The position numbers and the translations under genes were made by a program. DNA of 59,733 nt, the filler included, from Asterionella formosa (Eukaryota), in NCBI GenBank assembly GCA_002256025.1. It is 10 parts of 10 records of this genome, joined end to end, with 100 filler letters (N's around TTAATTAATTAA, not from the genome) between each part and the next. Parts side by side here need not be neighbours in the genome. Positions count along the whole stretch, not along the records: positions 11,982 to 17,871 come from NKIB01012893.1; positions 17,972 to 23,860 come from NKIB01012894.1; positions 23,961 to 29,845 come from NKIB01012896.1; 7 more parts are not named here. One strand, 5' to 3'. Shown piece by piece: positions 11,882 to 24,296 of this stretch. The stretch's first letter is position 1; each line of letters starts with the position of its first letter. A model generated the notes under the pieces. That model had not been told where the DNA came from, did no database searches, and worked only from the letters and a program-made list of their open reading frames with translations.

Positions 11882-12714
11882 NNNNNNNNNNNNNNNNNNN
11901 NNNNNNNNNNNNNNNNNNNNNNNNNTTAATTAATTAANNNNNNNNNNNNNNNNNNNNNNNNNNNNNNNNNNNNNNNNNNNNATCTTTTGTAGCAGTAGGT
12001 GAACAAGCAAGGAATCTGCTGGACTGAAGATATATGTGTTAGCCATATCACAGGATTTACTGAAATCAATAAACAAGCTTCCCCTGAGCGTCAATTGATC
12101 ATATCTTTTCTGTAAGACTCCAAATGTGGACCTGGCTTGTAAGGATACACAATGAAGTTTGAATCTTGATGTTTAGTATGTTGTTATCCTTCATCAATGG
12201 GACCACTGGAACTTGAGAGGACATCAACAATATTAATTCTAATTGGACTCTTTTTGAATTCAAAGTGAAGTATCTAACTAGAAGTAGTAGTATTTGTTGA
12301 ATATATGAGCTTATTTGTTAATCCTTGTGTGTAACTCGTTCTCCAAGTCGACACCAAAGTATACAATGAGGGTTAGTCGAGTTCTCTCATTATTGAGTTC
12401 TTATACATACATGATATAACACTAACCCTATATACATCTGTATTGATGCGCAAGATCGCTCACCTGGTACCCCCACTGTTAACACTGTTAAGACAGTGAT
12501 CTACTGGCCGGTTCATTTTATAAGGGTTTGGGTATGTTGTATTCATACTTGTATGTTAATAAACCGATTGACCGGCATTCTATACCGGTATGTCGGTAAC
12601 CGTTTATATTGTGTTGCCTTTTCCTCACCATCATACCAGGTACCTGGTGTAATCAATTCAAAACAGTCAGCAAATCCATTGCCTATCACGCATTACCAGT
12701 ACCAGGTACCGGTA

Positions 12715-12812
12715 CCCAGCAAGTTGCGGTAATTTTACTTAAACTAACATTTTAATCTGGGATAAAGATAACTAAATCTTTTGTTTCAGTAAAATTACCG
12801 CAACTTGCTGGG
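12715..12812. mobile_element. ~100-bp hairpin/MITE-like element; partial copy at 46291-46361
   Basis: Perfect 25-bp inverted repeat cccagcaagttgcggtaattttact / agtaaaattaccgcaacttgctggg; the right half recurs in another contig. Confidence 0.7.
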
Positions 12813-13150
12813 ACCCTGGTACCTGGTACTGGTACTCGGAGTACCAGGTACGAAACGACGGGTTCGAGACCGAACGTAGTACCTGGTATGTGTGGCCGCA
12901 CAAATGGATGCCAGCAGAGCTACCGTACCAGGTAGTATAGTACCAGGTACTAACACCTACCGCATCAGGAAATGTTTGCAATAAATTCTTGTCAGGAAAA
13001 AAAGTCTGGAAGATCTCGATTTATGGTTTCCAGGTCGTGGTTTTAGATGGTAGCCTGAGCCCTATGTGGTATGTACATACAACTCGATAAACTACCTGGT
13101 ACTACCGGTAGACAACTATTCTTTTATCTCATATTCTTCATCCAATAGTT

Positions 13151-13990
13151 ATGTTCGCAATGACCAATGTTTACTCAATGAATATTGTTCGCCACCATTC
13201 TCTGATCGCCTTCCTACTGCTGCTCACTCCATGCAACGCAAACATTGAAGAGATTTGGTCCCAATGGGGTAGTCTCGTTCGATATCTAATCTCCTTATTC
13301 CTCTTCATCTTCGGCCTACATCTTTTGTTGTACGGCCACTTGGCCACGTATGCCTTAATGAAGTTCTACAAACAGCATGGTGACCCTGCGAATGGTGATG
13401 TTTTGGATTGTACGCCTATCAAGCCTGATCGGTATCAAATAACAGTCTTATACACGGCATTGGTGCCAAAGTTCAAAGATTCCCGCCGCATGTTTCGAAA
13501 TCCTGACACTTCCGTCCCACAACGATTGATGCGACGATTCGATACCTCCGTGGCCTACCAACGGGGAAACGTCGTGACGTTACTACTGCTACCGGGAGTG
13601 CCAACCTCAGGGTTGCTAGTGGAACTGGTAGATCACATTTTGGCACAACATTCTCATCTAAGAACAATTTTGTTTCTTGTCCCGGGATTCTGTCTGATCG
13701 GTATTCTCCTATGGATGGCTTTAGCGACAATCCAAAATCAACCATACGGATACGTGGTATTGGTACTATCTGTTGGAATCATGGTATTAGTTTCTAGAAT
13801 ATTTGTTGGTGGACGTTGGGAAACGGAAAAGAAGCGGCGCTTCTTGTCAGCAGTTGTTACGAAAACTGTATCACCACCTGCTACTGGAGCGAAAGACCCG
13901 CTCTTGCCGACCTCCCACGACACTCTTGTTGTGGTTCCAGGGTATGATGTTCCCATGGAATATGGCCATGCAAAGGTAGTGGCACAATAG
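13151..13990 (+). CDS. Hypothetical multi-pass membrane protein
   Basis: 279-aa ORF with a signal-peptide-like N-terminus, one TM, a soluble loop and two C-terminal TMs; the start may be the downstream Met (MNIVRH). Confidence 0.75.
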   Translation: MFAMTNVYSMNIVRHHSLIAFLLLLTPCNANIEEIWSQWGSLVRYLISLFLFIFGLHLLLYGHLATYALMKFYKQHGDPANGDVLDCTPIKPDRYQITVLYTALVPKFKDSRRMFRNPDTSVPQRLMRRFDTSVAYQRGNVVTLLLLPGVPTSGLLVELVDHILAQHSHLRTILFLVPGFCLIGILLWMALATIQNQPYGYVVLVLSVGIMVLVSRIFVGGRWETEKKRRFLSAVVTKTVSPPATGAKDPLLPTSHDTLVVVPGYDVPMEYGHAKVVAQ

Positions 13991-14410
13991 AAACTCGGGA
14001 TGAGAGAGGAAATGTGCGTGTTTAAATGTTGTACAATGTGTTCCAATTCGGTCGTGATTATGAAATCCGGCATACTTTCCTACATATTCCACTATAACTA
14101 CGATTTTAAAGAACAAAACGTTTCGTTACAACAATTTTGACGCTTGTCAGCTTGTGTATGTCACACAACGCATGTACGTATTGTGGTCAAGCAACCGGGT
14201 ATCATTGCTGTGATGATATACAATAACATGGATTATTTGATTTTCAAGAACCAAAAGTTCCAACTCAACAAGTTTAACACTTGATAGCTATAAATATGGT
14301 TACTCATGACAATTTTGGGCAGATACTTGCATAATGGTTCCCTTAAAATTGGACAAGGAAAACAATGAAGCATTCGCATTTATGAGCAAGACAATTCAAT
14401 TGCCGAAAAA

Positions 14411-15583
14411 CTAATCATTCATGCCTTCCTCATCCTGTACCACGTCGACCGTTCCTGTCGATTGACATTTATTCAGTTCCGTGCCTTGTCTATCGACCAA
14501 AGGTTTCATGCTTTGTTCTCGTCGCCACGGTTCATCGCAGAATTCCAATATCCCGTTGTTAACTCCTACAATTGTTTTGCTATCTAAATTCCTCCAATGT
14601 ATAGCCGACAATGAGAAGTCACTGTGAGTATGTACCACTCTCTCAGCCATGAGAATTGTGTACCAATCACACCAAAGTTCCATCATATTTTCCTCCTTTG
14701 TCTTATTTGTACCCGGCAACTCGCCCTTGCTTCCCCACTCAATAGTCGAAAAAGCAGAATGGTGTATTTTGGACCATCCTGGGTTTGCCCAATGGTAGCT
14801 TCTTTTGAAATAACTGTACCATTCTACATTGTTGGTAACAAGAAACGTAGTATTGGGGAGACTCTTCCCCAAAGCGGACAACGTCTCGTCGTCCAATCCC
14901 TTCCGAGCATCGTGTGTACCGTCAGGTCGTCGCAAGTGCACCACCACGGTGGGTCTTCTGCCTTTCCATGGCAGCATGGCCTTCATTAGATCCGTTGGTG
15001 CATAGAATTTATCCCAGTAGTTATCTTCTGGCATGTTTCTCCATCGGGGATAGGTATTCCCAACAAAGTATAATACGTTTGTGTCACTGGCCAACCATTC
15101 TTTCAAAAAGCATTCGTCGGGTGGGTTTTCAAAGTTGTGAATCCGTATCGTCTGAGTTGCCAGTCCGTGTTGATTGGGTAGTTTGGCACACTCCTCGCGG
15201 TAGTTCAGCGGGACAAAGGCCAGGTAAAAGTCGTGCCATTCCTCAGACACACACAGAGTCCGATTGAATTCATCCGCCAATAAGTGAGCCGCCAACAACC
15301 CATTCATGATGTTTCCGATGCCTTGACCATTGTTTGTTGGTAAGAAAATGACGAATCTAGAGGGAGGCGGCGGCGATGGTTGAAGGAGAGGCTTGACTTG
15401 CTGGTTTTGGACCTGTTGGAGATGAGATTCTAAAGTGAATTCTGGACGAACGATGAAGACGTAGCTGAATTCAAAGACAAATACTACGGCAAGAATAAGT
15501 TCCACATAACGGGGACAATAAGGATGCTGGGGTGATATTGCAACCGTCTTGGACGGGCGCTGTTTCCGAGAACCGTGTGCCAT
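14411..15583 (-). CDS. Golgi type II fucosyltransferase-like glycosyltransferase (GT11/GT23/GT37 clan)
   Basis: N-terminal TM and Pro-rich stem, then GQGIGNIMNG, VVVHLRR, FLVTNN and HSDFS, resembling GDP-fucose-binding motifs. Confidence 0.75.
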   Translation of the reverse strand: MAHGSRKQRPSKTVAISPQHPYCPRYVELILAVVFVFEFSYVFIVRPEFTLESHLQQVQNQQVKPLLQPSPPPPSRFVIFLPTNNGQGIGNIMNGLLAAHLLADEFNRTLCVSEEWHDFYLAFVPLNYREECAKLPNQHGLATQTIRIHNFENPPDECFLKEWLASDTNVLYFVGNTYPRWRNMPEDNYWDKFYAPTDLMKAMLPWKGRRPTVVVHLRRPDGTHDARKGLDDETLSALGKSLPNTTFLVTNNVEWYSYFKRSYHWANPGWSKIHHSAFSTIEWGSKGELPGTNKTKEENMMELWCDWYTILMAERVVHTHSDFSLSAIHWRNLDSKTIVGVNNGILEFCDEPWRREQSMKPLVDRQGTELNKCQSTGTVDVVQDEEGMND

Positions 15584-16138
15584 TGTTTTGTTTGATCATT
15601 GCTTTGTCTACAAAGTTTTCCAAGGTTTTGATTCACGTCTGCTCGTGTTTGTATGATATCTATGAGATTGAGCGCGACGAAGAACGATGTATTTTGTTGA
15701 TACTTATTATGGCTACATAAATAGCATGCCAAATACATACCTATCCAACAAGACAAGCATATACAATACATTTTAGGGCTACATAAATAGCACACAAAAT
15801 ATGTATCCAACAATACAAGCACATACTATCGTATGTATATAGATTTTCGAACCACTGATGCTTGTCCTCACAATAATGATGGTGTGCTGAAGGGCGGAGT
15901 ATACTGTAATGATCATATGAATCACAGCAAGAAGCTGCTGGTACCCCATATCGTCGACACCACTGCTAGTATTGCTGAGTTTTAGTGGTCCTCAAAGCAC
16001 AGAATCGCTGCCTTTTGTCACGTACCGTTCTCGTGCATGTACAGCTCCGGTTGAGAAGAGAAAGGAACTCATTCCTCGGCACAGAACTCCATTTTGAAAT
16101 CTGAAGCAACCATTGAATTTCATTGCAGTATTAATTCG

Positions 16139-17479
16139 ATGAAATCCTTCATGATGACCCCACCGATAGTCAGGCTTCGATCGAAATATATCACTAGCTT
16201 CACGTATTGCATCCATTCGTCTACCAAGTTCCAAAAGACTGCACTTTCGCCATGCATGTTCCCCTCGAGACTACTGCAACATCAAACGCGTTCGTACATT
16301 ACTCCACATCCCTTATCGGAATGCATCTCGACCTGCTTGACGTCACCTTCCAGAGTATATCGTGGCAATCGAACATTTACAATATCATTTCTAGGTACTA
16401 GTTCTGGGCTGCCGACGAGAAGTCGCTTGACATCATGCACCTTGGTACAAGTTAGCGGGCATGGATACATGTTTGATGTGGGGGAGGGTGTTCAACGTCA
16501 AATGACATTCACCCCCATCAATGCTGGAACTGTGGACAAAATCTTCATCACTCATATGCATGCCGATCATGTTCTGGGACTACCCGGATTGCTATTAGGA
16601 ATGAACTTGGTACAAAAAGCAAAGGCCACCCGAAGAACAGTCGACATTTATGGTCCACCGGGATTGTATGATTATATCGGTATGACTGTAAATCTAACCC
16701 ACTCCGGTTTGGATCAAATACATATTGTGGTTCATGAACTCACAGGGAGTGATGATGCTCTTCGAGAAAGTCACACGAGAAAAAATACATACTATCGACA
16801 AAATGTCACTTGCATAACTGTGCCTCGACAGGAGGATGGTACGTGGATATTACAAGACGCGATAGATGCACCCACTATCAAGGCTGCTGAAGTCATTCAC
16901 TTGAAGGGCATCAAAACATATGGTTTCACTGTACAAGAACAGGACGCAAAACGAACGATCAATGCAGAAAAGGCCATTGCTCTTGGATTACGGCCTGGGC
17001 AGAAGTTTCGTGAACTCAAGTGCGGTAAATCCGTTTTGAGCGACGATGGTTCGCGATGGATCAATCCGGAGGATGTATTGGAAGACCATCCTCGCAAGAA
17101 TCGCAAATTTACATTGGTAGGAGACAACTTTGCCTTGACGGCCGCGATGAAACAATTGGCTCAAGAATCTGATGTTCTGGTCCATGAAGCCACTTTGACC
17201 AAAGAACAAATGGAGAGGGGAGAAGCTAGAATAAGAGGGCACTCAAGTGCCGAAATGGCAGGTACTGTCGCTAAAGCGGTCGGAGCAAAATGTTTGGTTC
17301 TCAATCATATTAGTGCCAAGATGAAGACCAAACTTGATATTATTGACCTTCGAAATCGAGCCAAGGAAAGAAGTGGCGATTCGTGCGACCTTATTGTGGC
17401 CCACGACTTTTTGGAGTTGTTGATACCACCCCTTGGCTTTGATCAAATAGAAAGAGATGACAGCAAGCAGCTAGTGTGA
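16139..17479 (+). CDS. RNZ: Ribonuclease Z (short-form tRNase Z), likely organelle-targeted
   Basis: FLGTSSGLPT, FDVGEG, THMHADH, exosite GLRPGQKFRELK, VHEAT, GHSS and LNHIS; the first ~80 aa are rich in Ser/Thr/Arg and poor in acidic residues; ATG at 16139. Confidence 0.93.
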   Translation: MKSFMMTPPIVRLRSKYITSFTYCIHSSTKFQKTALSPCMFPSRLLQHQTRSYITPHPLSECISTCLTSPSRVYRGNRTFTISFLGTSSGLPTRSRLTSCTLVQVSGHGYMFDVGEGVQRQMTFTPINAGTVDKIFITHMHADHVLGLPGLLLGMNLVQKAKATRRTVDIYGPPGLYDYIGMTVNLTHSGLDQIHIVVHELTGSDDALRESHTRKNTYYRQNVTCITVPRQEDGTWILQDAIDAPTIKAAEVIHLKGIKTYGFTVQEQDAKRTINAEKAIALGLRPGQKFRELKCGKSVLSDDGSRWINPEDVLEDHPRKNRKFTLVGDNFALTAAMKQLAQESDVLVHEATLTKEQMERGEARIRGHSSAEMAGTVAKAVGAKCLVLNHISAKMKTKLDIIDLRNRAKERSGDSCDLIVAHDFLELLIPPLGFDQIERDDSKQLV

Positions 17480-19501
17480 ATAATCCTTAATTGGATGACT
17501 GAACTTTTATGCCACTGATCAAGCCAACAATCCAGTTCCTATCAATGTAGGCTATTTTAAATAACAATGAGACATAATGCTGCTTCCAGTTGCAGTGCTC
17601 GTCGATCTTGATGTCAATGGCGCATGCAATCCGACTAGACTTCTATACAATATCCGATTAAACGTGAACTGTTTCCCAACTGCAGATCATGCAATGTTAA
17701 TCAAGGTTAGAGCTAGCTCAAGTTGTTCTATTTCAAGAATTTCATTCATAGGGTGTGGACCCGAATATGGAAATGATTCATTCACTGGGAATGGATCGAC
17801 GATAGAGGTCCTATTGAAAATGGTCCAATTAGATCGCTGTGCATGGGCAACGCCTTGGTCATTGTTGTAGCNNNNNNNNNNNNNNNNNNNNNNNNNNNNN
17901 NNNNNNNNNNNNNNNTTAATTAATTAANNNNNNNNNNNNNNNNNNNNNNNNNNNNNNNNNNNNNNNNNNNNCTATTCCTTTGATCATATAACATATCGAT
18001 CATATGATAAATGGTGCCGTTGATGAGAAAATGAAAGATCAAAATTTATTTTCAGAAATCAGGACTATTTGATCTTAAAAATATGATCAAATGATCCTTA
18101 GCACATAAGCATATTCAGTTTTCCACTCCACTATTGTGGTACATCTAAGCCGCGTATTACGTGAAGTGACCATCAAGTAAATAAGCATAGTTGATTTTGA
18201 ATGGATCACATGAATTAGTTGAATACATCAAAATGCTTACTTGAATATATCTATATATTATTTGAATACATCACGTTAATTATTTTGATCAGATTATTAT
18301 GCATGCATTCCTGATCATCACTATCAGAAGATGCGATGATAATAAAATGGCTAAAAAGTGATTTCGAATGGTCGGAGTAGCATGTACATTTTTCTTGATA
18401 TATACTTTTTTCTTAATTAATGAATACAAATTAATATACATTTTCGAAGATTGCGAAGTCATGTGCCAAAGCACTTATCATGCGTGTCATTATTGAACAC
18501 ATTGTGAAAACCAGTCATGTACCTGGTACTCCCCAAATTTGTGACCGGTATTACGATACCGGTACCCATAACCATACATGACGCAAATACATGATGATGC
18601 AACGCGCCTACCGTAAATAGTTTGCCGTCTTCGTAGAAATCAATACCAAGACAAGATATAACTTTGTCGCAAATGAGGTTATGGTTCAATTCCATATTGT
18701 ATTTCGTGTATATTATGTGACGCGGAGACTTCTATACCTACCCTAATCATCCGTGTGCTTCATGGGATTTTTGTCGATCGACTACCGGTATTTCACGAAA
18801 GTACAAAAACGATCTATCGAGATGAACAACTTGCACCAAATCTCAAACTAATAACATACCGGTAGCTGGCTACCTGTACTACATGCTAGGGACGGAGATA
18901 GAGAACTCTCAGAATTTAGATGTACGTACGTTTTGATAGCAAAACGTGTTATTCTGCGTTCAATGTGTAATGGCAGTTTTTCACATCTGGAGTCGCAAAA
19001 CCAGGTATGTAGACCACCGATATATAGGTATTCCGTGTCGTATCCTGTATTTAATTGAGGGTACCAGGTACCAGGTACTAACACAGTTGGCCGTCTTGTG
19101 TACCAAGGTACCGGTGCCAGGTACGATCCTGAACAATATGTGCCGGTTAAATAAACCGGTGTTCATATGTCTACATTTAGAAATGACGTAGATGTCATAT
19201 CACATCTATTTATTTTGATGACAGCACATGGTTTGCTTTGAGCGACATCATTCCATCCTCAGAGGATCTCATCATTTCTTTAGTACAGCACATCAAGCAT
19301 ACGCCTGCCGGATCCAGGATCCAGTTTCTACTTCGCATAAATAACAGAGTATGACATACGCAGAGTTCCTGTCGCCTTCGTTGCGTTCTCAAGAAGATAT
19401 CGGAACTCGTTGGGCGAGGAAACAATCAAGCTCAACACTGACGCCTGCTAGGGGTCAACTAGATCCAACTTCTCACTTTTTATCAAATCGACTTTGTAAT
19501 C

Positions 19502-20017
19502 ATGAAGCTTTTCTTCATTCAAACTATAACATTCCTCGTATCTATCCTCTCTGTTGCTACCGCAGAGTCCGTGCTTGTTCAAGAACTCCACAAGGGCGAT
19601 CCCCATGCTGTCGACACTGCTGCTCTCGGTGGTGGACTTCGCCGCCTTGCAACTACTCCAATCAAATTCTTCGCTGTCTTGAGTCGGGCTCAAAACGTTG
19701 ACACCTGTACGAGCACTGCGAATGGTATGGGCAACGCCGTGCTCACCTACCTAAACAGGAAGCTTTGCGTGCTCCTTGGCTTTGGTGGAATTTCTGGTGC
19801 TGAAATTGCTTCTCACATCCATGGACCTGCCAGTATTGGCGCTTCTGGTGGTGTCCTCTTCAGTTTCACTAGTCGTAGTACAGTCAAGAAGCAGTGTTTC
19901 ACTCTAACCGCTGCCCAGGAGCTGCGTCTCCTAGCTGGTTCGCTCTATATCAATATCCACACTGCAAAATGCCCTAATGGAGAGATTCGGGGACAGATCA
20001 TGCGTGCTGTTGCCTAA
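19502..20017 (+). CDS. Secreted single-CHRD-domain protein
   Basis: Signal peptide (MKLFFIQTITFLVSILSVATA), ASHIHGPA...GGVLF and LLAGSLYINIHTAKCPNGEIRGQI CHRD signature. Confidence 0.9.
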   Translation: MKLFFIQTITFLVSILSVATAESVLVQELHKGDPHAVDTAALGGGLRRLATTPIKFFAVLSRAQNVDTCTSTANGMGNAVLTYLNRKLCVLLGFGGISGAEIASHIHGPASIGASGGVLFSFTSRSTVKKQCFTLTAAQELRLLAGSLYINIHTAKCPNGEIRGQIMRAVA

Positions 20018-20332
20018 AAGGAGTAAACAATATCAACAAGGGCAAGCACATCATGTATTTTGCACATGAAAAAGGAATGAAACAGGTATGCAGTACCTTG
20101 CACCTTTTGCATCCTCCAAGACCAGTATAGTCCTTAACTTCCACTGCAGTCATACCATTAGACAATTATAAATATTATCCACATCGATATTCATTCATCA
20201 CAGATGTCATGTTGCTCAACATTTCGCTCATGCTAGCACAACGCTTCTTCAAACCAGAGTAAGGTTCAATGCCCGAAGAGCCGATATAATTATTTTACAA
20301 TGGAATATGACGGCCATTGCTTTCTTCAATCA

Positions 20333-23282
20333 TTACGTGCTTTCCTCAAGTGAGATTTGACACGTTTGTGTCATGACACAAAAGCTTGGACCTGCCACTT
20401 GTGTGGCAAGACGATGTTCATCTTCGCTCATGGGGGGGATCAAGTCTGCCACGTGACGCATGGTTGGACGCCCGTGAGGACAATTCCAAGGCTGGTTCAC
20501 ATCCTTCAATCGATCTACAATCATCTCCATTTCACTTTGACTCAGGGCTGTTCCAATCATTATACTACCACGACATGCTCGATTTGCAAACATAGCAATA
20601 GCTTTAGGTAAACGAGCCAGAAGACGCTCTCCATTTTGAGACAAACTTGTGGAATTGGCATACCGCCGGACTGCATTGTTTCCATACAACCCACTTCCAT
20701 CAACTCCTGTCCCGCCGTCTTGGGAATATGACGCTCCTTCCGCCCCTAAAATACAACACAGAGCCGAAACGTCTTCCTTCCCAAATTGGACCGCCTTGCA
20801 ACCATCTCTTGCCCCAGAATGGGGCAACGTCGTTAGAGATAATCGATGTCGAGGAGGCTGGTCCTCGTTGTACTCAAATCGGAATCCATTGGCTTCAAAG
20901 ACATCACGGTGTTCCAGAATGCAAGCCTCTTCTGACGGTGACAAGTCCAAGGGCATGGGTTGAATGAGACGTTGTTCTTGGAGTTTCGTATCACGACATA
21001 ATGCCTCAAAGTTATACTTTTCGTCGCATGCATGCTGATCCAGAATCCAAAGTTGATGGTCTTTTTTTGATTTGCACAAGATAAAGCCGAGATTGAATTG
21101 ACCCAAGACTTGCATATCGCCAAAGTCAGCTTTGGAGAATTGGACAGTTCGTTTTTGTGAATGCGTCGCTTTGCCTACCGATTCTACAGATTGACATGTT
21201 GGAATGGAGATAGCTGTTGCATCGTTACGAGCTGACGTGAGTTGTTTCAGATGTTTCCGAAAACGATGTTTGTCCAACCGAGCCGACTTGGCTGCGCTTG
21301 TCACAGCGTCGGTTCCGTCAAATGCCACCCACGTGACTTCCTCAGGACCATCAACATTTGATTCTTGATCCGATGATGTTGACTCGTCCTCTTCTTCCAT
21401 GTTGTCAACTTTTGTTTCTAGTGCTTCGACTATTGGAGTAGACTGTGGAGGCATTTCGTCGTGACGTTGTCGCTTTGGTTGTATTGGATCATCCGTTTTA
21501 CCATCGACTGGAAGACCATTCCGAAGGCGGTCTAATCGCGATCTAATATCTTGTTCTGCCATTGAAAAACTCTCCGCTGACCGTTTTCTATCATCAATCA
21601 CCATCTTTGTATTTTTATTGCTTGTCGAGCTGACGAAGACTCCTCGTCGTGCTGTATCTTGCCTCCCAGCTGCTGTAGGTGTTACAGCAAAATGATACTG
21701 CAAAGTGTTGCTACTTCTTGATGTAGTATCCTCTTCTGACACTACTCGAATAACGGGTTTCTCCAGGGGGGTTGCTTCTTCTGCATCTTCTGGATTAATG
21801 GGAGCACCATTGGATCGAAAGCGCTGTTGCACTTGAATCCATTGTCTGCGTTCGGCATCACTAGTACTTGCATTGATATTATTATTGTTATTATCGTCAT
21901 CAGGACAGCGCACTGTTGGGGTTCCTTGTAGTGCCTCGTTTTCTTCATCATGTTGCAGTTTGACTGTCGTAAAGTCATGAACAAAGGCCATACGTCGTTG
22001 AACTTGTCTTCGTACATTCCTACGATCTGTCGGGACAACTACAGCTTCCTGGAACGTCCCTTCTGACTGAGTCGCCCATACTTGCTGTACATGTTCTCGT
22101 ATCAAGTTACAAATCTCATCTTGGTCCGTAAGCATAACGTCGCGCTTGTCAGGTGAAAGGTTTACATCAAATGCAGATAGGGGCAAGGTAAATTGAAGGA
22201 CACATGACGGTCGTTTCCTTTGACTTGGATCTAAATTTCTCCAAAGGTCATTCAACAGTCTCGATATTTTTGGTAGTTCCACCGGTCTGTTGTTGATGCT
22301 AAAGAATTGCAGTTCTCGAGCTTGATGATTCGAGCAACAGAAAGGAGATTTACTAATGAGCCCTGATACTGTCGCTGGTTGACCAATGGCCTTGGTTAAA
22401 TCCAAGTCAATCCGACACATGCCTGACACGAACCTATACCCCAGCACGGATGACACCGTTTGTTCCACTTGGTCTGCTGAACTGGCGGTTCTCATTTTGA
22501 CTTCTTCTCGTCCTCCCTTGCAATCCATCAAATTAAATGCAACTCCCAGACATAAAATAGCATCTAACAGCACACAGTATAAAAGAAAGTGAGTTCCAAG
22601 TACATTCCATCATCATGAATACAATTTCAGTGAACGACCGGTCTACAAGTGCATACATATACGTACACCCCTGCATCAACGAGAAAACCTTGACACGCTG
22701 CGCTACAATCCTTTTGCAAAAGTCCGCTCTTCTCACTGGTAGGGCATCGAATAACTGCACGACAGCCACCGTGGTTCCCACCTTTCTTGGAACCCAAGTA
22801 TCTGCATTGTTCTCCGCGAGCAGCAGCGACCCATCCCGTCTGAATTGCAGCTTTTGTCCCATTTCTTCATCTGCAGTTCTGGTAACGACCACCAAGTTGG
22901 CTGACAGGTTGGCGAGACAAAATAGCGCTTCGCCCCTAAATCCCAAGGTGGCATTCATCGTTGAGTTGTTGTAAATGTCGTCAAAGGCCGAAATCTTGGA
23001 CGTTGCGTGCTTCTGCGCCAAAAAGGGTCTGCAGCTTGCTGGAACTCCGCAGCCATCGTCAGAGACTTCCACAACGTCCATACCTTGGTTGAACAGGCGG
23101 ATGTTGATCGTCTTGGCTCCTGCATCGAGTGCATTGTCCACTAGTTCCTTCACGGCAGACGCCAAATCAGTCACGGCTTGGCCAGCAACGATGCGCTGGA
23201 CGGACGATTCGTCCATTGGAACAATCATTTGTCTTTGCTGGAGAGGAGAGGAGGAGGAGGAGGAGGAGGAGGACATGATCAT
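20333..23282 (-). CDS. PMS2: Mismatch repair endonuclease PMS2 (MutL homolog); 2 exons, intron 22564-22666
   Basis: GHKL ATPase (KELVDNALDAGA, DDGCG, GFRGEAL), DVNLSPDKR, DQHACDEK, ACR and CPHGRP; removing the GTACGT...TTAG intron restores QGYAILC. Confidence 0.95.
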
Positions 23283-24296
23283 TACTGCATCTGCAGCTTG
23301 CTGGCGTGAAGTTAATAAGAGACTACGTCGTCATGGAACAAGCGACGACGAGAATAATCTGCCCAGTAGGAGTTACATAATGTGGACTGTATCAGGCCGC
23401 TGGGGACTCGACGGACAATTTAGGGCAAGCAGCCAAAACGACACAAATGATTCCTACTACATAATATCATGTCATAAATGCGAAGCATGGATAATCTGAA
23501 AACGACATACAGGAATCGTAAGTAGCATATCCATGACCATTTAAAACTCTGCTGAATCTTTGCATATATAATGTCCAATTTGCAGAAAGTTGGGGTAATT
23601 TTGCTGAAATGGACAACGTGACGCAGGACAGGCGCTCAAACAGGCGAAGTAGATACACGTTACGAGGTCCGTTTTTTCCCAAAATAATTTAATTATGTAC
23701 TTCAATCCACACAGTACGAAAAACGAAATAAAAAAGTTAAAGGTAAAATTAGCTTTCACCAATACGACTACTTTGCATATGCTTAGATACAGTCATGGGT
23801 CGACTTAGGGGTATGATCTATATACAGATATGGTAAGGACCTCATTTCTGCAGAGAAGTGNNNNNNNNNNNNNNNNNNNNNNNNNNNNNNNNNNNNNNNN
23901 NNNNTTAATTAATTAANNNNNNNNNNNNNNNNNNNNNNNNNNNNNNNNNNNNNNNNNNNNTATTATGACTATTCTATTGCTGTTCCAAGTACATCGTTGT
24001 CAGCACTCACGCATGTACCTAATCTGGTGGCTGCGCCGGTATGGTTCGTACGGCGCATGTATGGAGCATCATATGCAGATATTAACAAATGTGTGTTGTG
24101 CACCATCATTGTGCATTTATTTGGAAACAAATATTCTGGTTTCTTATCATTGTCGTGCGGCGTCGTCCTCATCACATGATTCTTGCGCTTCGCATGCCAC
24201 ATACTACATTATCTGCTTAATTGATATAGGTATACAGGTAATAATAGGCTACCACTGGTACCACCAATGATAGATACCTCCTTCCTGTGTATCACC

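Noticed and set aside
121..15583. Sulfotransferase plus fucosyltransferase as a sulfated-fucan gene cluster
   Set aside because: The two genes are on different contigs separated by artificial linkers; there is no linkage evidence.
23246..23272. GAG/CTC microsatellite
   Set aside because: It only encodes the poly-Ser N-terminus of PMS2.
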